DNA of 64,000 nt from Akkermansia sp. (GTDB lineage Bacteria > Verrucomicrobiota > Verrucomicrobiia > Verrucomicrobiales > Akkermansiaceae), in the NCBI GenBank assembly GCA_017471985.1, contig JAFURE010000086.1, positions 385 to 64,384 on the forward strand. The letters run 5' to 3'. A program made the position numbers and the translations under genes. Below are positions 57,355 through 64,000 of the stretch, piece after piece. The notes under the pieces are model-generated. The model was not told where the DNA came from and searched no databases. It worked only from the letters and a program-made list of their open reading frames with translations. Each line of letters opens with the position of its first letter. The first letter of the stretch is position 1.

Positions 57355-57903
57355 TTACTCTTCGCTTCTGGTAAGAACTCTGCGAATGAAGTCGTGCAGT
57401 TCCTGAGTGGTGCGGGAGCCTTCGATGGTACGCAATTTGACGCCTTCGGTATATAGAATGGCGGTGGGAACTTTGGTGATGGCGAATTCTTCTGCCAGTA
57501 CGGGGAAAGCATCGGCATTCACCTCCACAACCTGTACGCCACCCTGTTCCTGTTCGGCGAGCGCCTTCATGGAGTGTCGCATGTCATCGCTGTGCTTGCA
57601 CCAGGGGGCTGTGAAAACCAGCAACAGACTGCGGCCGGACACACCGGTGACCTGACGTATGTCCTCGCCCTTGTATTCACTGTAAAGCTCGTATTTCGGG
57701 GCGCCGGGTAGTCCGGTTTGTACATCTAAATCCTTGCGTATCAGTTCCTCGAGCGGCTCTCGCTGGGGATTGGGTGCCGGCTTGGTGGCCGTAGTGAACC
57801 GTGCGGCTCGCTCCGCTTTGTCCGTGTCTGACTCCCCACAGCTTGTCAGCAATAACAGCGCGGGTGTACAGAGGAGCAGGAGGCTGAGCAGAGCTTGTTT
57901 CAT
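57355..57903 (-). CDS. thioredoxin-fold lipoprotein (TlpA-like) with a monothiol WCKHS motif
   Basis: Lipobox LLLTSC. FTAPWCKHS occupies the position of WCxxC. Confidence 0.7.
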   Translation of the reverse strand: MKQALLSLLLLCTPALLLLTSCGESDTDKAERAARFTTATKPAPNPQREPLEELIRKDLDVQTGLPGAPKYELYSEYKGEDIRQVTGVSGRSLLLVFTAPWCKHSDDMRHSMKALAEQEQGGVQVVEVNADAFPVLAEEFAITKVPTAILYTEGVKLRTIEGSRTTQELHDFIRRVLTRSEE

Positions 57904-57911
57904 ACGCAGCT

Positions 57912-57940
57912 ATTTTCTACCTTATTACACTTGTTGTGAA
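57912..57940 (-). promoter_or_regulatory. sigma70-type promoter, leaderless geometry
   Basis: Minus strand: TTCACA, 17 bp, GAAAAT (57917..57912), then 8 nt to ATG 57903. Confidence 0.45.
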
Positions 57941-57954
57941 GTCTGTAGTGTGTC

Positions 57955-58230
57955 TTAAAGGCTTTTTTCGCTATGCGTGGGAGGAATAAAGCGCAGAACT
58001 TTGCGGGGCGGCAGCTGCATGGGGCTGCCGCTGCCGGGTAAGAGCAGGCGCCTGGCGGCTACCTGTTTCATGCGAAAAGTGCCGAAACGCGCGAGCTTCA
58101 CTTCGCCGTCCTCCTTCAGTCCGTCCTGAATGGCGCGTACGACGGCATAGAGTGCCAAATCGGCGGCACTCTGAGTAGCGGTGCCGCCGAGCGCAAGCCG
58201 AATGTGCTCGAGCAGTTGTTTGCGGTTCAT
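57955..58230 (-). CDS. HU/IHF-family DNA-binding protein (divergent)
   Basis: 91 aa. MNRKQLLEHI...VKLARFGTFRMKQVAARR...PPRKVLRF follows the HU/IHF fold pattern. ATGA overlap with the upstream gene. Confidence 0.7.
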   Translation of the reverse strand: MNRKQLLEHIRLALGGTATQSAADLALYAVVRAIQDGLKEDGEVKLARFGTFRMKQVAARRLLLPGSGSPMQLPPRKVLRFIPPTHSEKSL

Positions 58231-58691
58231 TCTGCTGAGCCGGGATAGGGCATATCAGCCTTGTGGCTGTAGCGATTGAACTCGCGCCCGGTGATAAGTC
58301 CGGTGCTCAGGCAGCGCCGCCAGCTGGCAATGTGCCGGCGCTGCAATTCCTCGTAGCGGGCGCGTCGGGAGGGATTGCTCTCCAGCAGGTTTGCTACTTC
58401 GCGAGCCATGTCGGGATTGTGTTGCATGTGGCCGACTGCCAGATTCAGTCTGCTGTGCAGGGCCTCAATTCTGGCGGCAACCTTTGCGGCACTCGCGCTA
58501 TCTGTTACGCTGTCCTGCAGAGGTATGAGCTCCGTGTAGATAATCGTGGCGAGGTTGAGGTACAGGTCAGCGTGCTGGCGCGGACTGAGCAGGTCGTGCG
58601 GTGTAACATCGCTGGGTGGCAGTTCATTGGCAATGGTTTGCGGCAGAACTGCGCTTGTCAGTAACAGGCATGCAAGGAGTGAGTGTTTCAT
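58227..58691 (-). CDS. hypothetical secreted helical protein
   Basis: ORF trimmed to ATG 58691 (MKHSLLACLLLTSAVLPQTIA signal peptide). This removes the overlap with the 58720..59505 gene. Confidence 0.5.
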   Translation of the reverse strand: MKHSLLACLLLTSAVLPQTIANELPPSDVTPHDLLSPRQHADLYLNLATIIYTELIPLQDSVTDSASAAKVAARIEALHSRLNLAVGHMQHNPDMAREVANLLESNPSRRARYEELQRRHIASWRRCLSTGLITGREFNRYSHKADMPYPGSAE

Positions 58692-58719
58692 ATGGAATGA
58701 GAGTTGTTGGTGAAGGTGG

Positions 58720-59505
58720 TTATTCCCTGCTGCGGGCATTGAGCAGCATGAGTGCATAGTAAACGAGCATGGCAATGGAGGACAGGGCCGCGGCAACATA
58801 AGTCATGGCTGCCCAGCGCAGAGCGGTGCCTGCCTGACCGTGCATGGCCCGACTGGCCAGCCCCGACTGCTCCATCCAGGCCAGAGCGCGACGGGAGGCG
58901 TCGAACTCCACCGGCAGGGTAACCAGCGCAAATACCGTGGTCGTGGCAAAGAGCGCAAGGCCAATCCAGGCAACCGTGGTTCCGGAGCCCATGGCTGCCA
59001 GAGCCAGACCTGCCAGCAGCACAAACTGGCCGAGGCGGGAACCGATATTCACCAGCGGCACCAGCTCACTGCGCAGGCTGAGCCAGGCGTAGCTCTGTGC
59101 GTGCTGCACGGCGTGCCCGCACTCATGGGCCGCCACGGCCATGGCTGCCACCGTGGCCTGGGAGTACACCGTGTCGCTCAGGTTAACAGTGTGATTGGCG
59201 GGATTATAATGGTCAGTGAGAGCACCGGGGGTGTGGGTGACCTGTACATGGTGCAGGCCGTAGCTGTCGAGCATGCGGCGTGCTACCTGTGCCCCGGTGA
59301 GGGGGGCCGGTTCCGACGAGTATTGTTTAACGCTCGCCTGCATGCGGCTCTGAACGATGCCGCCGATGAGGCCGGCTAGCAGAATAAGGCCGACCCCGAC
59401 AAGGCTTACTGCGCTGTACATTCCTGGGCCCTGGTTCATGGCATACCCCGAGCTTTCCGTGTAGTACGGTGCATATTGTGCGAGTGTGAAAATGAAGTCC
59501 ATCAT
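58720..59505 (-). CDS. membrane zinc metallopeptidase (Zn_peptidase_2 / YpfJ-like family)
   Basis: HECGHAVQH (HExxH) between TM segments. 261 aa. TGgTAGAAT extended -10 lies 12 nt upstream of the ATG. Confidence 0.75.
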   Translation of the reverse strand: MMDFIFTLAQYAPYYTESSGYAMNQGPGMYSAVSLVGVGLILLAGLIGGIVQSRMQASVKQYSSEPAPLTGAQVARRMLDSYGLHHVQVTHTPGALTDHYNPANHTVNLSDTVYSQATVAAMAVAAHECGHAVQHAQSYAWLSLRSELVPLVNIGSRLGQFVLLAGLALAAMGSGTTVAWIGLALFATTTVFALVTLPVEFDASRRALAWMEQSGLASRAMHGQAGTALRWAAMTYVAAALSSIAMLVYYALMLLNARSRE

Positions 59506-59601
59506 ACGTCTGAGATTATTCTACCATTAAGATGTCGATTGCGCTACATCCGTTCGTGTCGTAGCTGCATTTTTACATCGGTATGGCACATTAACATTTT
59601 T

Positions 59602-60516
59602 TTACCCGGGCTTATTGGTTATTCCTGCAGCGTTGGCTTGCAGGTGCGGCAGCCCGATACGGCGTATAGGGGTTCCGGCAAACAGGCTCTCGAACTCAGT
59701 GGGGCTCAGCTCTGCCAGCACCTGTGGGCTAAGCGCTGCGAAAGGAGCCGGCATGAGCAGATGGGGGTCAACAGGTTTGTCGTCGGGGCGGGGGCGATTC
59801 CAGGGGCAGACTTCCTGACAGGCGTCGCAGCCGTAGAGGTGCTCACCCTGCGCGGCGCGTATGTCGGGGGGCATTTCCTGTTTTGCCTCGATAGTCCAGT
59901 AGGACAGACAGCGGCGGGCATCGCAGGTTCTGTCGTGCAGCGCTGCGGTGGGACAGGCCTGTTCACAGCGCCGGCAGGTGCCGCAGCGGTTGGGCATGGG
60001 ACTGTCGTATGGCAATTCCAGTGTGGTGAGTATACTGGCCAGAAAACAGTACGAACCTCCCCGCGGGCGCACCAGAAGCCCGTTTCTCCCTATCCATCCC
60101 AGACCGGCACGTGCGGCAAAGAATCGCTCGCTGACCGGACCGGAGTCAGTAAAGCAGCGCTGTTGCCCGCCGTAGAAACTGAGTGTTTCGTCCAAATCGG
60201 CAAGTTTGCCGGCCAATAGTTTATGGTAATCCTCCCCCTGAGCATAGCGTGCCACCTTTCCGGGGGCGCAGCGGGAATCTGCCCGGGGGTAATCATAAGT
60301 GAGCATGATGACGCTGCGCACCCCCGGCAGTACCAGTTCGGGGTTCATTCGGGCGGGCAGGTGGCGCACCATCCACTCCATATCGGCATGTTGACCCTCT
60401 GCCAGCCAGTTCTGCAGGCCGGGACCCTGGTCAATCTGAGCCGGGGCTATCCCCAGAGCTGAGAACCCCAGTGCATGTGCCGCGTATTCCACGGCCTGAC
60501 GGGCTGCCTGCATCAT
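59602..60516 (-). CDS. queG: epoxyqueuosine reductase
   Basis: CGTCRRCEQACPTAA ferredoxin-type cluster, CLSYWTIE and the C-terminal HEAT-like region are typical of QueG. Confidence 0.85.
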   Translation of the reverse strand: MMQAARQAVEYAAHALGFSALGIAPAQIDQGPGLQNWLAEGQHADMEWMVRHLPARMNPELVLPGVRSVIMLTYDYPRADSRCAPGKVARYAQGEDYHKLLAGKLADLDETLSFYGGQQRCFTDSGPVSERFFAARAGLGWIGRNGLLVRPRGGSYCFLASILTTLELPYDSPMPNRCGTCRRCEQACPTAALHDRTCDARRCLSYWTIEAKQEMPPDIRAAQGEHLYGCDACQEVCPWNRPRPDDKPVDPHLLMPAPFAALSPQVLAELSPTEFESLFAGTPIRRIGLPHLQANAAGITNKPG

Positions 60517-61499
60517 AAACTTCTGCGTATTTTCTCGGAGTGCTTCTTGAGCGGGGCAACCAGCAGTTCCTTGATGCGCCTGGAGATGGGCAGTCGCTCG
60601 ATAACTTGCATGGCTGCATGGTTCACCCGCAGGGTCTGTGGCGTTCCGGTCTCGATTTCCGCCTTGATATAGGCCAGTCTCTGCATGTTGGCCGAGGCTT
60701 CCTTGTTGCCGAGGTCTGCCGCTTTCTTGTAGAGGTGCAGGGCGGTTGAAAGGTCACGCGAGACGACGATGCCACGTTCATACATGGCGGCCAGGTTGTT
60801 GATGGCCCGGTGGTCTTTAACTTTCTCACCCATTCGGTAGCATTCGAATGCCAGTTGCGGCATGGGGTGTGGCAGGCCAAGCCCCGACATGTATGCGTGG
60901 CCGAGGTAGAAGAATACGTTGGGGGTGTACGGGTCTTTTTTTGCCTGACTGCGCAGGAGTTTCAGCGCGGTGCGGGGGTCTGAATAGGGCTTTTTTTTGT
61001 CCATCAGGTAGCGCGCCAGTTCTACGCGAGCTCTAGCTACATCGGCATTGGCGGCTTTCAACATCCACTGCAGGGCTTCTTTTTCGGACTTGTCGCGCCC
61101 GAAGCCTTTCTCGCAGTAGAGCGCGTAGCGGTACATGCTTTCTTTCTGAATGCGCACGGATTCAGGATGTGCCGGGTCGAGTTTCAAGGTCCCCTGAGCG
61201 AGGTGTTGTGCCAGTATGGCGGCTTTTTCGGGCTGAGCCTCGAGCCCTTTGCGGCGCCCCTCATAGACATCGAGCAACAGATTGGCTGCCAGAGGGTGCC
61301 CCCATTGGGTGCAGCGCTCCAGCATGGCTGTTACGCCGTGAATGTTGCTGATGTTGGGGGCATCGAGTATATAGGCTGCGCGGGTGTACATGCCCTCCAG
61401 ATCATGGGGGCGGGGCTGTTCCGTTGTATCTGCAGCGCTGTGCCCCACTGCCATAAGGACGGTGAGCAGAAAAACTCTGATGACTGATTTAGTACGCAA
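60513..61499 (-). CDS. secreted Sel1/TPR-like repeat protein
   Basis: Signal peptide, then several Sel1-type repeats (AINNLAAMYERG, ALHLYKKAADLGN, etc.). Confidence 0.75.
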   Translation of the reverse strand: MRTKSVIRVFLLTVLMAVGHSAADTTEQPRPHDLEGMYTRAAYILDAPNISNIHGVTAMLERCTQWGHPLAANLLLDVYEGRRKGLEAQPEKAAILAQHLAQGTLKLDPAHPESVRIQKESMYRYALYCEKGFGRDKSEKEALQWMLKAANADVARARVELARYLMDKKKPYSDPRTALKLLRSQAKKDPYTPNVFFYLGHAYMSGLGLPHPMPQLAFECYRMGEKVKDHRAINNLAAMYERGIVVSRDLSTALHLYKKAADLGNKEASANMQRLAYIKAEIETGTPQTLRVNHAAMQVIERLPISRRIKELLVAPLKKHSEKIRRSL

Positions 61500-62616
61500 A
61501 GCTACTCAGATAATAGTTAATGAGCGTGTTACCGAAGAAGAGGTAAATGAGAGCACCGATGATGAAAGCCGGGCCGAATGGCATGGGTTGCCCCCTGCCT
61601 ATGCGGGCTATGAGCGCTTGCAACAGGCCGGCAAAACTCCCTGCTACCAGCGCAAAGAGGACGCCCTGCCAGCCACACAGGGCACCGATACTCAGGGCGA
61701 TGAGCGCATCCCCGCTTCCCATGGCCTCCTTGCTGGTGCTCATGCCGTGGCAGGTTCCGCTCAGGCTTTCATGTTCCTCCAGTTCTATGATGGTGCCGTC
61801 TGCCAGCACGGCGCTTTCGGTGGTGAAGGTTATGTCGCCCGCGGCTGCATCCCTGGCGGCAGAAATGTCGGCATGGGTGAGGGTAACTCTGTTGGCACTC
61901 TCCATGAAGAGCTCGCTCCACAGGTAGACGGTATCACCGATTTTCAGCTCCAGATCATCACCGGCCTGCTGCAGTTGCCAGGTACGTGGTTGTTCATAGC
62001 TCTCGCTCTTACGCCCGAAAAGCAGGCGGCCAATCAGGGCTACGGCTTTGAGCAACACGTAACCGGATATGGCGCCGCACAAGCTCCAGAGCAGGCCGTC
62101 GGTCGCTCCCAGTGCCTGAGGCTCGACCAGCCACGGGGCAAAAAGTGCCGTCAGCACACCAACTGCGGCAGCTGTGTTCGTCAGTACCGGCAGTACGATC
62201 ATCTGTTCCCGGTCAATGCAGAGTACCGCCAGCATGATGGCTCCCCACACGCACAGCAGCACCTGCACCGGCAACGGGTCAGTGGCAAACTGCCACGCAA
62301 CAGCTGCAAAGAGCAGGGCGGTAATCACCTCGACCACGCAATAGCGCGCGCTGATGCGCTTGCCGCAACAGGCGCTACGCCCGCGCAGCATCAGCCAGCT
62401 CACAATCGGTATGTTCAGGTACCACGGTATTTCCTTCTTGCAGTCCGGGCAGAACGACCGAGCCGGCTCATTCACACTCAACCCTCGCGGCATGCGGTAG
62501 ATGACCACGTTCAGAAACGAACCGATGCATGCCCCGAACAGGGCAAAGCATAGCGGCAGCAACCACGGCGTTTCCTCGCTCACAGCAAGGGTGTATGTGT
62601 TGAGCTCTTCCAGCAT
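61489..62616 (-). CDS. pilD: prepilin peptidase / N-methyltransferase (A24 family) with an insertion of about 100 aa
   Basis: GSFLNVVIYRMP, CPDC...CCG zinc site, catalytic Asp contexts LCIDREQ and MGSGDALIAL. Start at ATG 62616, supported by the extended -10 box 6 nt upstream. Confidence 0.8.
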   Translation of the reverse strand: MLEELNTYTLAVSEETPWLLPLCFALFGACIGSFLNVVIYRMPRGLSVNEPARSFCPDCKKEIPWYLNIPIVSWLMLRGRSACCGKRISARYCVVEVITALLFAAVAWQFATDPLPVQVLLCVWGAIMLAVLCIDREQMIVLPVLTNTAAAVGVLTALFAPWLVEPQALGATDGLLWSLCGAISGYVLLKAVALIGRLLFGRKSESYEQPRTWQLQQAGDDLELKIGDTVYLWSELFMESANRVTLTHADISAARDAAAGDITFTTESAVLADGTIIELEEHESLSGTCHGMSTSKEAMGSGDALIALSIGALCGWQGVLFALVAGSFAGLLQALIARIGRGQPMPFGPAFIIGALIYLFFGNTLINYYLSSFAY

Positions 62617-62622
62617 GGCGCC

Positions 62623-62631
62623 ATTATAGCA
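62623..62631 (-). promoter_or_regulatory. extended -10 promoter of pilD, leaderless geometry
   Basis: Minus strand: TGcTATAAT, then GGCGCC (6 nt), then ATG 62616. Confidence 0.5.
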
Positions 62632-62747
62632 CATCACCAACCGACTGAAAAGCGCTTTTGTCGCCATTTTTATTACCCGAAGCTCAATTATTGAGTGCTG
62701 CGCACAATTAATATTCAAGAAAAGTTTATTTTTTTTAATTTATAGTA

Positions 62748-62775
62748 TTGACAAACTGATAAATTTCTGTATACT
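62748..62775 (+). promoter_or_regulatory. sigma70-type promoter, leaderless geometry
   Basis: TTGACA, 16 bp, TATACT (62770..62775), then 9 nt to ATG 62785. An A/T-rich UP-like tract lies upstream. Confidence 0.6.
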
Positions 62776-62784
62776 TCGCCTCGC

Positions 62785-63213
62785 ATGAGATCTACCATCA
62801 CAATTCTGACCGGCATAATGCTGATGTGCAGTGCGATGGCCGAGACCGTAACGGCCCTTCGTCCTGCAATTAACGATGCGGCCGCGAAACATGGAGTGGA
62901 CCCCGTGTTAATGGAGGCAATTATTCGTCACGAGTCCGCTAACGCAACGTCGTATTCTGCCCGCCGCAGGAACAATCTGGCCGGCATTATGGGGCGTCGT
63001 GGCCAGCGTAAGTACGAGAGCAAGGAGGCGTGTGTAAATGACCTTGCTCAGATTCTTGCCAAATATCGAGCCAAGGGCCGTGTGACTGTGGCCCAGATTG
63101 GCCGTGTCTACTGCTCCAGCCATAGTTCCTGGACTCGCCACGTCAACGGCCTGATGGGCCAGATACGCAATGGCAAGTTCGGGGCTCTTGAGCAGCAGGC
63201 CACCGCAGAGTAA
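62785..63213 (+). CDS. small secreted lytic-transglycosylase (SLT / GH23)-like protein
   Basis: Signal peptide. VDPVLMEAIIRHESA...NLAGIMG matches the SLT catalytic Glu-Ser context. Confidence 0.65.
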   Translation: MRSTITILTGIMLMCSAMAETVTALRPAINDAAAKHGVDPVLMEAIIRHESANATSYSARRRNNLAGIMGRRGQRKYESKEACVNDLAQILAKYRAKGRVTVAQIGRVYCSSHSSWTRHVNGLMGQIRNGKFGALEQQATAE

Positions 63214-63252
63214 TCGCGGCATCGCATCATAGAGAGATAAGAGAACATCTTC

Positions 63253-63287
63253 ACACCCTGCAGACTGAGCGCTGCAGGGTGTTTTTC
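63253..63287 (+). terminator. Rho-independent terminator
   Basis: ACACCCTGCAG actgagcg CTGCAGGGTGT followed by TTTTT. Confidence 0.85.
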
Positions 63288-63912
63288 TTGCTTGTTATTT
63301 TGCCTTTCTTTCAATCGGAGCGTATTATCGCTGCTTGTTAAACAATGGAAATCGATGTTGAAATAGGCGCATGCTCTGATTTACTTGCATGGTGCGGGGT
63401 GTGATACGCTCTCGGGCTTTTCATAATTTCTATCGCATGAGCGCGATGAACGATAATTCCCATGGCGGCATAAGGCGGGCGGGGCAACTCCCGCGTACTA
63501 TGATAGGGGTGAACGGGGTGCGGTTGATTAACATTCCCGGTGTGTATCATCCGCCACACATGCTGACGGAGAAGACGCAGCGGGAGCGCCATCTGCCGGT
63601 GATTCTCAGCAAGCCACCCACCGGTATTATTTCAGCTCTACCTCTTGCACCTGCCGGAGGTAGGGCAACTTTATCTTAACAAGGATACATCGTACATGAC
63701 CGAGGCATATAATCTCTATTGAAAAAATCCGAAAAAAGACTTGCATATCTCCGAAATTTTGTCAAACTGTCTGTGTGGTTGCATAGCGTGTTTGCGCAAG
63801 TGCGTGTTTCGGCTTATTTAGCTGCACTGCAAATAAACTTGTTACGCAATCATAATTTTCCTTTTATGGCAAATTTAGTTTTTGTTTTTTTTAATTATAC
63901 CAACACGTTGAT

Positions 63913-64000
63913 ATGTTGAACCTGAGAAGAAAAGTCACACGTAGTGAGATGATTTGGACGCTGGTTTTCACGGCTATCGTGATAGTGTGGTTCGACTATA
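63913..64000 (+). CDS. 5' end of an unidentified membrane protein gene that runs off the right edge
   Basis: The ATG 63913 frame stays open to the window end: MLNLRRKVTRSEMIWTLVFTAIVIVWFDY (basic N-terminus, then a TM segment). It is preceded by an A/T-rich region. Absent from the ORF track because it has no stop in the window. Confidence 0.3.
   Translation, partial: MLNLRRKVTRSEMIWTLVFTAIVIVWFDY

Noticed and set aside
63506-63524. GGGGTGAACGGGGTGCGGT resembling the RNase P RNA GGGTGAAAGGGTGCGGT element, and CCGCCAC / ACCTGCCGG resembling cobalamin-riboswitch boxes
   Set aside because: The other obligatory conserved elements are absent on both strands within the expected distances. These are GAGGAAAGTCCGGGC and ACAGAAxCCGGCTTA for RNase P, and AGGGAA, GGTGxxAAxCC and GGGAAGG for the riboswitch. 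I treat the resemblances as coincidental pending an Infernal scan.
63338-63679. ORFs 63389..63679 (+) and 63338..63592 (-) as real genes
   Set aside because: They are mutually overlapping. Their amino-acid composition is atypical and they have no motifs. A CATAAT-9-ATG arrangement at 63437 is intriguing but lacks a -35 box.

Overview
Densely coding chromosomal segment of roughly 55-60% GC by eye. I found no rRNA, tRNA, CRISPR array, transposase, integrase or phage genes. Gene content looks like housekeeping plus envelope functions of a mucin or sialic-acid-using, Shine-Dalgarno-poor bacterium. I infer a Verrucomicrobiota (Akkermansia-like) origin, but I cannot verify that here. Recognisable genes: purM-purF, rlmI, mpl, gyrB-gyrA, a catalase, a nanA / N-acylglucosamine 2-epimerase / phosphofructokinase operon, kpsF, rpsF, a dCMP deaminase, a radical-SAM/SPASM (anSME-like) enzyme, a heterodimeric ABC exporter pair, dus, cobA-hemD, hemA, cstA, a class A PBP, sufS, ispD, trpS, queG and pilD, plus about 15 hypothetical envelope proteins. 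Long ORFs antisense to these genes are treated as GC-driven artefacts. Main observations: (1) At least 15 operon-leading genes have a sigma70-type promoter whose -10 box ends only 6-9 nt before the start codon, which implies leaderless or near-leaderless mRNAs. I used this pattern to re-set several start codons. (2) Several enzyme homologues have mutated catalytic motifs. These are a second PFK paralogue (D103N, D127N, R171D in E. coli numbering), a PBP5-like lipoprotein lacking SxxK/SxN/KTG, a class A PBP whose transpeptidase SxxK reads TxxL, and a PurF that starts MSAA with no N-terminal Cys. The degenerate PFK and PBP5 homologues sit inside the sialic-acid operon, which is my best candidate for an undescribed module. 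(3) A radical-SAM/SPASM gene is divergent from an ABC-ABC-648-aa orphan operon. (4) The gyrB promoter spacer is a perfect 16-bp alternating Pu/Py palindrome. (5) GyrA natively carries quinolone-resistance-type residues. (6) An 18.6-copy 15-bp PAEPA coding repeat lies in a protein with two CE4 domains. No classical defence, mobile or biosynthetic system could be supported.
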